Below are positions 31,443 through 40,243 of a stretch of 64,000 nt of DNA, in pieces; position 1 is the first letter of the stretch, and every line of letters starts with the position of its first letter. Source of the stretch: Vicinamibacterales bacterium (GTDB taxonomy: Bacteria > Acidobacteriota > Vicinamibacteria > Vicinamibacterales > UBA8438); NCBI GenBank assembly GCA_965203525.1, contig OZ241898.1, forward strand, positions 1,984,176 through 2,048,175. Direction: 5' to 3'. The notes under the pieces were generated by a model, which searched no databases, was not told the DNA's origin, and saw only the letters and a list, made by a program, of their open reading frames with translations. The translations under genes were made by a program, and so were the position numbers.

Positions 31443-33833
31443 ATGACGAGCACGGGTGGCCGCGCCCGGGGCCTCCTCCGCCGGACGCTTGGACGGCAGC
31501 CCGCGGTGTCGCTGGCGACCACGGCGGCGCTGATCGCCGGAATCGGCGTCGCAGCGGCGGTTGCCGGCTTTCTCGACTCGTTGAACACACCGCCGCGCTG
31601 GACGGCGCGCGTGCCGGACCCGAACATGCTGGTTCGTGTGTCGCCGGTGCGGAACTACGGGTCGTACACGGCGATCGGCCCGCGCCTCCGAACCCTCGAC
31701 GTCGCCGTGTACCGGCGCGTCACGGCCGGCACCGGCCGCGGGCCCTTCGCGGCGCCGCTGCAACTGGAGTGCGTCAGCCCGGCATACCTGGCGCTGCTCG
31801 GCGTGCGGCCGTTCGCCGGGCGGGACTTCGATGCCCGGGACGACGTCGAGGGCGGGCCGCCGACCGTGGTGCTGGCGCATCACTTCTGGATGCGTCGGTT
31901 CGGGGGCGATCCCGCCGTGCTCGGCACCATGATGCAGGTCGACGATCGGCTGCACACGATCATCGGCGTCGGCCCCCCGGACTTCGGAGGCGTGAACTCG
32001 CCGCCGGCCGACGCGTGGACGCTGTTGGCGGCCTCTCCGAATTTCTGCGACGCGTCGGGGCGGCCGATCCTCGACCAGGGCGCGTGGCTGCAAACCGTCG
32101 GCCGCGTGCGGCCGGGATTCACGGTGGCGCACGCCGACGCCGAGGTGGCGGCGCTGTTCGCGGCCGACGCGGAGTCGGCGCGGAGGCTCGGCCGCGGAGT
32201 CGTGGAGCCGTTGTACGGCAGGCGCGCCGCCCACGGGTCGCCCGCGGGGCGGGTCGGCCGGTTCCTGGCCGCGGGTGTCGTGTTCATGCTGCTGGCGGTG
32301 TGCGTGAACGTCTCGCTGGTGCGCTCGCTGCACGTGGCGGACTGCCGGGACGCCCTCGCCGTTCGACGTCTACTCGGGGCGACGCGTCTGCGCCTGGGCT
32401 GGGTGCTGTGGGTCGAAACGCTGCTTCTGGCCGCCGCGTGCGTGCCGCCGGCGGCGATCGTCGCGCTGTGGACCGCGTGGACGCTGGAGGCGTTCTTCCC
32501 GATCGGATCCGTGGAGGCGGTACTGAGCCCGAGGGGCCTTGCGGCGCTGACGGCCATCGCACTGGCCGTCGGAGGCCTCGGCGGCGCGGCCCCGGCCGTG
32601 GCCGGCGCCCGTACGGCGTTGCGGTCCGCCTGGGGAACAAGCATGCCGGCCGGGACGCGGCCGTCGCTCGGCCGCGATGCGCTGCTGGTGAGCCAAGTGG
32701 CGGTAGCCCTGGTCCTGATCATGGTGGCGCAGCTCTTCGTGCGCAGCACGTCCGAGATCCGGCGGGGACTCGGTTTCGACCTCGACGGCGTCGCCGTGCT
32801 CACCGCCGACCTCGAACGCGCCGGATTCGGGAGCGCGGACAGGCTGTCCACGTTCCACCTCCTGGCGGAGCGGGTGGTCCGCCTCCCGCACGTCGAGGCG
32901 GCGGCGATCGCGTCGCAATCGCTGCTGGATCCTGACGACTCGCACCTGATGCTGGGAGTGACGGCGCCGGGCTCGTTCGGAAGCGTCGTCATGTCGACGT
33001 TCAACGCGGTGTCACCGCCCTACTTCGACGTGGTCGGCACCCGCCTCGTGCGGGGGCGGGCGTTCACCCGGGAGGATGCGGCCGGCAGCCGGCCCGTGAT
33101 GATCGTCAGCGACAGTCTGGCCCGACGCCTCTGGCCGGGCCGCGACGCGACCGGCCTCTGTGCGTTCGTCGGTAACGCGGGCTGCGTGGACGTCGTCGGC
33201 GTCAGCGAGTCCCGCCGGCCTGGAGCGGTGCGGTACCACGAGGAAGAGTTCTTCGTGCCCCTGGCGCAAGCGTCCCGCTACGGATATGGACGTGGATACG
33301 CCCGCGCGCTCTTCGTTCGCCCGAAGGATGCCGGGGACGAGAGCCTGGCCGCCATCGCCGCCGCCGTTCGCGGCGCGGTTCCCGATCTGCCGTTCGTGTC
33401 AGTGGCGCGTCTGTCCGACAGGGCCGACGCCGAGATGCGCTCCTGGCGCCTCGGGATCCGCATGTTCGGTCTGTTCGGAGGCGTCGCCGTGCTGCTGGCC
33501 GGCATCGGGGTCTACGGATCGCTGGCAGGCGCCGTGCGCCGGCGCACACCGGAAATCGCCGTCCGGATGGCGCTCGGCGCCCGGCCCGCGGACATCGTGC
33601 GATTGATGCTGCGCCGCAACGCGATGGTGCTCGCGGCGGGCATGGCGCTCGGCGGCGCCGCGCTTCTCGTCGTCGCTCCGCTGCTGCGTGCGCGGCTGTT
33701 CGGCGTGGTCCCGACCGACGGACCGTCGCTTGCCGCCGCCTGCGGCGCGGTCGCCGTCAGCGTATCGCTGGCGGTCGCCGCCCCGATCGCGCGGGCGGTG
33801 CGCGTGGATCCGATGGCGGCGCTTCGACGTTGA
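31443..33833 (+). CDS. ADOP-family duplicated ABC-type permease (MacB/FtsX-like, two FtsX domains)
   Basis: 796 aa with an N-terminal TM, a large periplasmic domain and an FtsX 4-TM bundle, twice. The C-terminal ...VRVDPMAALRR is typical of the FtsX/MacB family. No ATPase gene is adjacent. Confidence 0.8.
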   Translation: MTSTGGRARGLLRRTLGRQPAVSLATTAALIAGIGVAAAVAGFLDSLNTPPRWTARVPDPNMLVRVSPVRNYGSYTAIGPRLRTLDVAVYRRVTAGTGRGPFAAPLQLECVSPAYLALLGVRPFAGRDFDARDDVEGGPPTVVLAHHFWMRRFGGDPAVLGTMMQVDDRLHTIIGVGPPDFGGVNSPPADAWTLLAASPNFCDASGRPILDQGAWLQTVGRVRPGFTVAHADAEVAALFAADAESARRLGRGVVEPLYGRRAAHGSPAGRVGRFLAAGVVFMLLAVCVNVSLVRSLHVADCRDALAVRRLLGATRLRLGWVLWVETLLLAAACVPPAAIVALWTAWTLEAFFPIGSVEAVLSPRGLAALTAIALAVGGLGGAAPAVAGARTALRSAWGTSMPAGTRPSLGRDALLVSQVAVALVLIMVAQLFVRSTSEIRRGLGFDLDGVAVLTADLERAGFGSADRLSTFHLLAERVVRLPHVEAAAIASQSLLDPDDSHLMLGVTAPGSFGSVVMSTFNAVSPPYFDVVGTRLVRGRAFTREDAAGSRPVMIVSDSLARRLWPGRDATGLCAFVGNAGCVDVVGVSESRRPGAVRYHEEEFFVPLAQASRYGYGRGYARALFVRPKDAGDESLAAIAAAVRGAVPDLPFVSVARLSDRADAEMRSWRLGIRMFGLFGGVAVLLAGIGVYGSLAGAVRRRTPEIAVRMALGARPADIVRLMLRRNAMVLAAGMALGGAALLVVAPLLRARLFGVVPTDGPSLAAACGAVAVSVSLAVAAPIARAVRVDPMAALRR

Positions 33834-33858
33834 TCCCGAACGGAGAGAGGAGGCGACG

Positions 33859-34011
33859 ATGCGGATCGTTCAGGCGCGGGCGCTCATGGTCGGAAGCTGC
33901 CTGGCGGCGACCGCCTGCATGGATGACATGGAACCGGAAACGGATTCGAACCCGCGCCCCGAGTCTTTCGCTGTCGCTCGCCTTCTGAGCGCGGCGTTCA
34001 CGATCCCATGA
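33859..34011 (+). CDS. Possible small lipoprotein (50 aa)
   Basis: A strong RBS (GAGAGGAGG) lies 6 nt before the ATG, with a signal-like MRIVQARALMVGSCLAATAC. It overlaps the 3' end of the convergent small gene by 14 nt. Confidence 0.3.
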   Translation: MRIVQARALMVGSCLAATACMDDMEPETDSNPRPESFAVARLLSAAFTIP

Positions 34012-34258
34012 AGCCGTCGCGCTGTCCCGGAAGATCGCGCCGTAGCGAACCTTCAAGCTGACCTACGGATCGGTTGAGGTCCTTGATGTCGGCGTTGACA
34101 ACCTTGAAGCCGTCGTCAACCTTGTCTTCGACCTTGCCGATGTTCTTGCCGATCTCCTTGTGTGCGTCACGGTTGACGTTGTTGAAGTGAATCAACAACG
34201 GAATCAGCACACCAAGAATCGGAACCACGATGGCCAAAACCATCTGCCAGTCTTCCAT
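33998..34258 (-). CDS. Small membrane-anchored coiled-coil protein, paralog A (86 aa)
   Basis: An N-terminal TM (VLAIVVPILGVLIPLLIHF) is followed by NNVNRDAHKEIGKNIGKVEDKVDDGFKVVNADIKDLNRSVGQLEGSLR, which is shared almost verbatim with paralog B. GGAGG lies upstream. It is AT-richer than its surroundings. Confidence 0.7.
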   Translation of the reverse strand: MEDWQMVLAIVVPILGVLIPLLIHFNNVNRDAHKEIGKNIGKVEDKVDDGFKVVNADIKDLNRSVGQLEGSLRRDLPGQRDGFMGS

Positions 34259-34370
34259 CTTGCTTCCTCCCCGATCCGAAGTCTACCGGAACCGGAACAG
34301 GATCGCAATCCCCCGGTTCCGGTTCCGAACCGATCATTGTTGTTGAAGGTGCAAATCATCGGTTCCAGGG

Positions 34371-34700
34371 TCAATCCTGGCCACCCTCAGACGGTCGCGG
34401 GATCGGCCGTAGCGAACCTTCAAGCTGACCTACGGATCGGTTGAGGTCCTTGATGTCGGCGTTGACAACCTTGAAGCCGTCGTCAACCTTGTCTTCGACC
34501 CTTTTGATGTTCTCACCGATCTTTTTTTCGACACCTTTGATGTTCTCGCCGATCTCCTTGTGTGCGGCGCGGTTGTCGGCCCTGGACGCCATCCACGTCG
34601 CAAGGATCACGCCGAGAAGGACGGCGCCTACACCCATGATTGCCCAGACATCCGCAGTCATTCCGCCGACTTCCGACTGCGCCGAAGCGGGGACGGCCGA
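34371..34700 (-). pseudogene. Paralog B of the small membrane protein family, 3' portion (gene split by IS insertion)
   Basis: Reading continues in frame upstream of the internal ATG (34661) as ...PASAQSEVGG up to the IS256 boundary. It joins perfectly with the fragment at 38116-38172 once the IS and one TSD copy are removed. Confidence 0.8.
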
Positions 34701-36147
34701 GAGGTATTGTCAAAAGTTGTGGATCGGGAGTGATCAGGCGGCCTCCTTCCGAGCCTCCCTCTCCGTCCCGCCGCGCGCCGGCGGCAGGCCGTCGACGAAC
34801 TGCACGCCGGCTCGCACCAGAGGCAGCAGGTGCGCCCCGTTCAGCCGGCGCCACCGCCGTTGCGCCATGTCCAGCAGCTTGAACGCCATCAGCAGGCCCT
34901 TGGTGCGCGAACCCGCCCCCTTCGTCACACGCTGACGCAGCCGAACCGTCGAGAACGGCGATTCGATCAGATTCGTCGTCCGCAGGTGCAGCCAGTGCTC
35001 CGCCGGATACGCGAAGAACGCCAGCAGCGCCTCCCGGTCCTCCACCAGGCAGGCGGCCGCCTTCGGGTACTTCGCCCCGAACTCCTTCACGAAGGAGCCG
35101 ATCCCCTTCTCGGCGTCTGCCCGCGTCGGCGCATACATGATCTCGTGCAGCGCCCGCTTCGCCCGCGGACGCCGCCGCTTCGGCAGCTTGTCCAGCACGT
35201 TCGCCAGCTTGTGGCACCAGTCGCGTTGCGGCGTCGTCTCCGGCCACGCGTCCCGCAGCGCCGACCAGAAGCCGAGCGCGCCGTCGCCAACCGCCACCTC
35301 CGGCGCCCGCAGCCCCCGGTCGCGCAGGTTCCGCAGCATGTCCGCCCAGCTCTCGGCGCTCTCCCGATAGCCGTCCTCGATCGCCACCAGCTCCTTCGTC
35401 CCGTCCGCCTTCACCCCGATCATCACCAGCGTGCAGAGACGGTCTTCCTCCAGCCGGATGTTGAAGTGGATCCCGTCGACCCACACGTAGACGTAGTCGC
35501 ACGCCGACAGGTCCCGGTTCCGGAACGCCTGGTACTCCCGCTCCCAGGCCGCCGTCAGCCGCGAGATGTTCGTCGGACTCAGGCCCGCCGCGTCCTCGCC
35601 GAGCAGAACCGGCAGCGCCTCGCGGAAGTCGCCCGTCGACAACCCCCGCAGATACAGCACCGGCAGCACCTCGGCAACCTTCGGCGACCGACGCATGTAC
35701 GGCGGCAGAATCCGGCTCGTGAACCGCTGCCGCGTGCCGTCCTCGTCAACCCGCCGGTCGTTCACCCGCGGCGCGCGCACCTGCATCGTCCCCGCCCCGC
35801 AGGTCACCGAGCGGGGCCGCGCATGGCCGTTGCGGACGACCAGACGCCGGCCGTTCTCGTCGCGCGCGCCGGCGTGCGCGTCGAGGTACTGGTTGACCTC
35901 TTCCTCCATGGCTGTCATCAGCATGCTCCGCGCACCCTCGCGGGCGATCGCATCCAGGGTCGGCACGTCGTCCCGGACCGCGTTTCCAGCCGTCTCCAGG
36001 TTGTCTTCCCGCGTCTCGTCGTGTACCTTGCACATGGGTGGTGTCTCCTTCCCCCCGGCCCATCAGCCAGGGTGTTTCCGAGTGTTCACCTGGAAGGATA
36101 CGCCACCTGCCTCACGACCGCGATCCACAACTTTCGGTGTCTTGGGT
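34701..36147 (-). mobile_element. IS256-family insertion sequence (body); its last 9 bp lie at 38107-38115 because a second IS is inserted in its terminal repeat
   Basis: Left end is gaggtattgtcaaaagttgtggatcg. The reconstructed right end (reverse complement) is gaggtataaccgaaagttgtggatcg, giving 22/26 identity. A 9-bp direct duplication gacggccga lies at 34692-34700 and 38116-38124. Confidence 0.85.
34734..36035 (-). CDS. IS256-family (mutator-type) transposase
   Basis: 433 aa with the typical Transposase_mut pattern (...YVWVDGIHFNIR..., ...VGDGALGFW..., ...TTNLIESPFSTVRLR...). Confidence 0.9.
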   Translation of the reverse strand: MCKVHDETREDNLETAGNAVRDDVPTLDAIAREGARSMLMTAMEEEVNQYLDAHAGARDENGRRLVVRNGHARPRSVTCGAGTMQVRAPRVNDRRVDEDGTRQRFTSRILPPYMRRSPKVAEVLPVLYLRGLSTGDFREALPVLLGEDAAGLSPTNISRLTAAWEREYQAFRNRDLSACDYVYVWVDGIHFNIRLEEDRLCTLVMIGVKADGTKELVAIEDGYRESAESWADMLRNLRDRGLRAPEVAVGDGALGFWSALRDAWPETTPQRDWCHKLANVLDKLPKRRRPRAKRALHEIMYAPTRADAEKGIGSFVKEFGAKYPKAAACLVEDREALLAFFAYPAEHWLHLRTTNLIESPFSTVRLRQRVTKGAGSRTKGLLMAFKLLDMAQRRWRRLNGAHLLPLVRAGVQFVDGLPPARGGTEREARKEAA

Positions 36148-38098
36148 TACCGGGTCGGGCGAAAAAATCCACGAAAGGGTGTGCAGGTACGGCGGCCACG
36201 TGCCGATACGTGGAGTATGGCGCGCAAGAACGATGACCGGAGCGGTTCGACGGGGCCCGGACCTCAACGGGACCCCCGGGACGTGCGCATCGAACACCTC
36301 GAACGAGAAAACGCGACGCTGATCGAGGAGCGGGACCACTGGAAGCGCCGCAGCGAGCATCTGGAGAAGGAACTCGAGGCCGCCCGGCGCGCCGGACGCC
36401 GGCAGGCGGCCCCCTTCGCCAAGGACCGCCGGCAGGGAACCGGACGCCGCCCGGGGCGGCGCGCCGGCGCGGAGTACGGGAAGAAGGGAACCCGCCGGCC
36501 GCCGACCCGGGTGGACGAGACCCATGCGGCGCCCGCCCCGACGAGGTGCCCGGACTGCGGCGGCCACGTCGCCGTGGAGCGGGTGGCGGAGCAGTATCAG
36601 GAAGACGTGCCGGACGTGCGCCCGCTGGTGCGCCGCTTCGACGTCGAGGTGGGCCGTTGCGCGCAGTGCCGGCGGCGCGTGCAGGGCCGGCACCCCTTGC
36701 AGACCTCCGATGCGCTCGGCGCGGCCGGCGTGCAGTTGGGGCCGAACGTCGCCGCGCTGACCGCCGAGCTGCACACCGAGTCGGGCCTGCCGCTGGGGAA
36801 GACCGCCCGCGTGCTGCGGACCCGGTTCGGACTGCACGTGACCAAAGGCGGCCTGGTCCGACTGCTGCACCGCACGGCCGACGCGGCGGCGCCCGCGTAT
36901 GCGGCGCTGTGCGAGCAGGTCCGCCGCAGTCCGGTGGTCACGCCCGACGAGACCGGCTGGCGCGTGGACGCGGCCCGCCACTGGCTGTGGGCGTTCGCCA
37001 CCCCGGAGACGACGGTCTACTCCATCTGCGCCGGCCGCGGGTTCGCCGACGCGGCGGCGGTGCTCGGCGCCGACTTCGCGGGCGTGCTGGTGCGGGACGG
37101 ATGGGCGGCGTATCGCGGCTTCGAGCACGCGCCCCACCAGACCTGCCTGGCGCATCTGCTGCGGCGCTGCAAGGACCTGCGGACCGATCATCCCGACAGC
37201 CCCTGGGCCGCCGCCGTGCAGACGGTCCTGCAGGACGCCCTCGCCCTGCGGACCCGCTGCAACGCCGGCGGCATCGGCGAGCACGGCCTCGCGTCGGCCC
37301 GCGGACGGCTCGAAGCCCGGCTCGGCCGGCTGATCGACGCCCCGCCGCCGCTGGCCCCCGCCGAGCGCTTCGCCAGGCACCTGGCCCGCGAATTCGAGGC
37401 CGTGTTCCTCTTCCTGCGCGACCCGTCCCTCGACGCCACCAACTGGCGGGCCGAACACGCCATCCGCCCCGCGGTGGTCACCCGCAAGGTCTGCGGCGGC
37501 AACCGCACCCGGCGCGGGGCCGACACCCAACAGATCCTGGCCAGCGTCGTGCGCACCGCCCGCCAACGCCAGCTCGACCCCCGCGCCCTGTTCACCACGA
37601 TGCTCTGCGCCCCCGAACCGGTCGTGCCCGAAGCCCTCGCCCTGCCGCCGCCTGCCTGACGGAAGGCCGGCGCGGGAACCACGCATCCGCTCCGCCCGGG
37701 CCCACGCGGCCCACGCGCCCCCCGGACCGATACCCGCGGAAGCCGCGCCGACGGCAAACCCCGGCCCGCTCTCCGCCATCTCGACGCCGGGCCGGCCGCA
37801 GCCGCCGCGCCGACGACAACGCCCGCAAGCAACCCGCCGCCGGGCGGGCCGATGTCCCGCCCCCGGGACCCGGCGGCGCATCGCAATGACCTGCATGGCC
37901 GCGCCGACGGCCGGGTGCGGATGCGCTGACGGAACACCCCGCTTGCCGCACTTCCCATACGGCAGAACCCGTCCGCCAGAACGACAAAACTGTGTGCACG
38001 ACGCAGCATCGTCAGGCCGTAACTTCCCCGAACGTCCGTTCTATTTCGTCCCGTGGCCATTGGCCAAATCGGTCCCGAACGCCCGGTAACCCAAGACG
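36148..38098 (+). mobile_element. IS66-family (single-ORF, ISBst12-like) insertion sequence nested inside the IS256 right inverted repeat
   Basis: Terminal inverted repeats are (t/c)GTCTTGGGTTACCGGG at 36148-36164 and 38082-38098. An 8-bp target duplication actttcgg lies at 36140-36147 and 38099-38106. Confidence 0.8.
36217..37659 (+). CDS. IS66-family transposase
   Basis: N-terminal coiled coil (HLERENATLIEERDHWKRRSEHLEKELE), Zn-finger CPDCGG...CAQCRRR, and DDE region (PDETGWRVD, LVRDGWAAY). ATG 36217 is preceded by GGAG. Confidence 0.85.
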   Translation: MARKNDDRSGSTGPGPQRDPRDVRIEHLERENATLIEERDHWKRRSEHLEKELEAARRAGRRQAAPFAKDRRQGTGRRPGRRAGAEYGKKGTRRPPTRVDETHAAPAPTRCPDCGGHVAVERVAEQYQEDVPDVRPLVRRFDVEVGRCAQCRRRVQGRHPLQTSDALGAAGVQLGPNVAALTAELHTESGLPLGKTARVLRTRFGLHVTKGGLVRLLHRTADAAAPAYAALCEQVRRSPVVTPDETGWRVDAARHWLWAFATPETTVYSICAGRGFADAAAVLGADFAGVLVRDGWAAYRGFEHAPHQTCLAHLLRRCKDLRTDHPDSPWAAAVQTVLQDALALRTRCNAGGIGEHGLASARGRLEARLGRLIDAPPPLAPAERFARHLAREFEAVFLFLRDPSLDATNWRAEHAIRPAVVTRKVCGGNRTRRGADTQQILASVVRTARQRQLDPRALFTTMLCAPEPVVPEALALPPPA

Positions 38099-38115
38099 AC
38101 TTTCGGTTATACCTC

Positions 38116-38172
38116 GACGGCCGAACCGAACAGCACCAGCACGAACAGAACGACGTTGATCAGATTCCGCAT
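38116..38172 (-). pseudogene. Paralog B, 5' fragment (signal peptide MRNLINVVLFVLVLFGSAV) separated from its body by 3.4 kb of IS DNA
   Basis: ATG 38172 follows the conserved leader. The peptide matches the paralog C N-terminus (ALLFVLVLFGSVVPASA). It is in frame with 34691 downward after IS removal. Confidence 0.8.
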
Positions 38173-38415
38173 TTTTCTTCCTGATCCGAAGTCTACCGGA
38201 ACCGGAACAGGATCGTCAACCTCTCGGTTTTCCGATTCCGAACCGATCATTGACGGCTACGGAGATAGTCAATGATCTGTCCTATGACATCACCCGGCCG
38301 GAGTCCCTTGAAGTATTCCGTTCCGCAGCTACCTTTGGCGCTTGTCTCGTCGGTAGCTGCGCTTCGCCATCGGCTTCGTCCAAATTTCGCCTGCACCAGG
38401 AAGCGCCCGGCGGCG

Positions 38416-40183
38416 CTAGCCTGGATTATTCACCGGGGGTGCCGATCCGGGAGAGACACAAGGGCCTCCGCGCGGTAAAATCGCAGTGGCAACAGGCATT
38501 TTCACCACCACGGAGGCCCCTGCGTGACGACCGACACGATACCACAGACTGTCCTGTTCCCGGAACTGTTCGACAAGCCCCTCGTCGCCACCTTCGACCG
38601 CGAGCACGCCAGCTCCGACGGCGGAGCCGTTCTCCTCAAGGCGGCCGAGCGCGTGTACGGCCTCGTCAAGACGTTTGCCCGCTGTCTCGCCGACCGGCGC
38701 GACCCGGAGAAGATTCGGCACACGCTCGCGGAACTGGTCGGGCAGCGGATCTTCGGCATCGCGTGCGGCCACCCCGACGGCAACGATGCCGACGATCTGG
38801 CCGACGACCCCGTTCACAAGCTGCTGCTCGGACGGGACCCGGTGGCCGGCGCGCCGCTGGCGTCGCAACCGACGATCTCGCGGTTCGAGAACAGCCCGGG
38901 CCGCGGCGCGCTCTATCGCATGGCGCGGGAGTTGGCGGCGAGCGTCATCGAGCGACACCGGCGCCGGCTGGGGCGGCGGGTGCGGCGCATCACCATCGAT
39001 CTGGACCCGACCGACGACCTGACGCATGGCGCACAACAGCTTTCGTTCTTCAACGGACACTACGGCGGCTGGTGTTATCTGCCGCTGCTCGCGTTCCTGA
39101 CCTTCAACGACGAGACGGAGCAGTATCTGTGCGCGGCGGTGCTGCGGCCGGGCAATGCGGTGGCGGCCGACGGGAGCCTGGGCCTGCTGAGACGGCTGCT
39201 GCCGATGCTGCGGGCGGCGTTTCCGCGGACGTCGTTTCTCGTCCGGCTCGACGGGGGCTTTGCGACCCCGGAGGTCTTCGATTTCCTGGAGGCGGAACCG
39301 GGACTCGACTACGTGGTGGCGATGGGCAGGAACGCGGTGTTGGTGCGGCAGGCCGAATCCGCCCTGGCGGCGGCCCGCGCGCAGAGCGGGGCCAGCGGCC
39401 GAACCGAGCACGTCTATACCGACACCCGCTACGCGGCCCGCACGTGGAACCGCCAACGCCGGGTCGTGATCAAGGCCGAAGTGGTCCGGCATCCGGGCCG
39501 CGAGCCGCGGGACAATCCGCGCTTCGTCGTGACGAATCTCCCGCAGAATCCGCGCTTCGTCTACGAAAAGGTCTACTGCGCCCGCGGCGACGTCGAGAAC
39601 CGGATCAAGGAGTTGCTGGACGGTCTGCAGATCGACCGCACGAGCTGCTGCCGGTTCCTGGCGAACCAGTTGCGCGTGTTGCTGACGGCTGCCGCCTACG
39701 TGCTCATGCAGGAACTGCGGCTGCGGGCGGCGCGAACCGGCTGTGCCCGCACCCAGGTGACGTGGCTGCGCAACCGGCTGCTGAAGCTCGGCGTGCACGT
39801 CGTCGGCTCCGTGCGCCGCATCGTCCTGCATCTGCCCCGGGGGACGCCGCATCTGAACGCATGGCGGCGCATCGCGCTGGCCCTCGGCGCCCGCGCCGGG
39901 TAGTCCGAAACCCGCGCAGCCCGTAGCCCGAACCGCACCGCCCGCGACGGCGGAGCCTTGCCTGAACCCGCCTGTCCGCAACCGCCGGGCCCGCGAACGA
40001 CGCCTTCGATGACGGTTGCTCGCCCTCGGCGGTCCTGAATCCGTCTGTCCGCAACCGCCAGACCCGTGAAGGCTGTTCCACGCGTCGCGGCCCGCGCACC
40101 GACGCGTGTCCGAGACCCCGTTTCGTGGCCGAGCATGGCCCGTCGGGGCCTCATGCCCGACCTTCATGAATAATCCAGGCTAG
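38416..40183 (+). mobile_element. IS1380-family insertion sequence
   Basis: Perfect 17-bp terminal inverted repeats ctagcctggattattca (38416-38432 and 40167-40183). A 4-bp target duplication ggcg lies at 38412-38415 and 40184-40187. Confidence 0.9.
38524..39903 (+). CDS. IS1380-family transposase
   Basis: 459 aa. The N-terminal FDREHASSDGGAVLLKAAERVYGL motif and overall DDE_Tnp_1-like layout are typical of IS1380. Confidence 0.9.
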   Translation: MTTDTIPQTVLFPELFDKPLVATFDREHASSDGGAVLLKAAERVYGLVKTFARCLADRRDPEKIRHTLAELVGQRIFGIACGHPDGNDADDLADDPVHKLLLGRDPVAGAPLASQPTISRFENSPGRGALYRMARELAASVIERHRRRLGRRVRRITIDLDPTDDLTHGAQQLSFFNGHYGGWCYLPLLAFLTFNDETEQYLCAAVLRPGNAVAADGSLGLLRRLLPMLRAAFPRTSFLVRLDGGFATPEVFDFLEAEPGLDYVVAMGRNAVLVRQAESALAAARAQSGASGRTEHVYTDTRYAARTWNRQRRVVIKAEVVRHPGREPRDNPRFVVTNLPQNPRFVYEKVYCARGDVENRIKELLDGLQIDRTSCCRFLANQLRVLLTAAAYVLMQELRLRAARTGCARTQVTWLRNRLLKLGVHVVGSVRRIVLHLPRGTPHLNAWRRIALALGARAG

Positions 40184-40189
40184 GGCGTC

Positions 40190-40232
40190 GTCCGCGTCCG
40201 TCCGGTTGCGAGACTCGCGGACGGACGCGGAC
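40190..40232 (-). terminator. Perfect 15-bp-stem hairpin downstream of paralog C (candidate terminator)
   Basis: GTCCGCGTCCGTCCG (40190-40204) and CGGACGGACGCGGAC (40218-40232), 12 nt after the stop at 40244. There is no U-tract. Confidence 0.5.
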
Positions 40233-40243
40233 TCTCGCCAAGG

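Noticed and set aside
38250-39926. 558-aa ORF starting at 38250 and running through the IS1380 element; also the duplicated MICPMTSP... and ...ATEIVNDLSYDI peptides at 38250-38300 and 40856-40925
   Set aside because: The ORF crosses the IS1380 inverted repeat and is out of frame with the real transposase. The duplicated peptides simply reflect the identical 37-nt leader upstream of two minus-strand paralogs.
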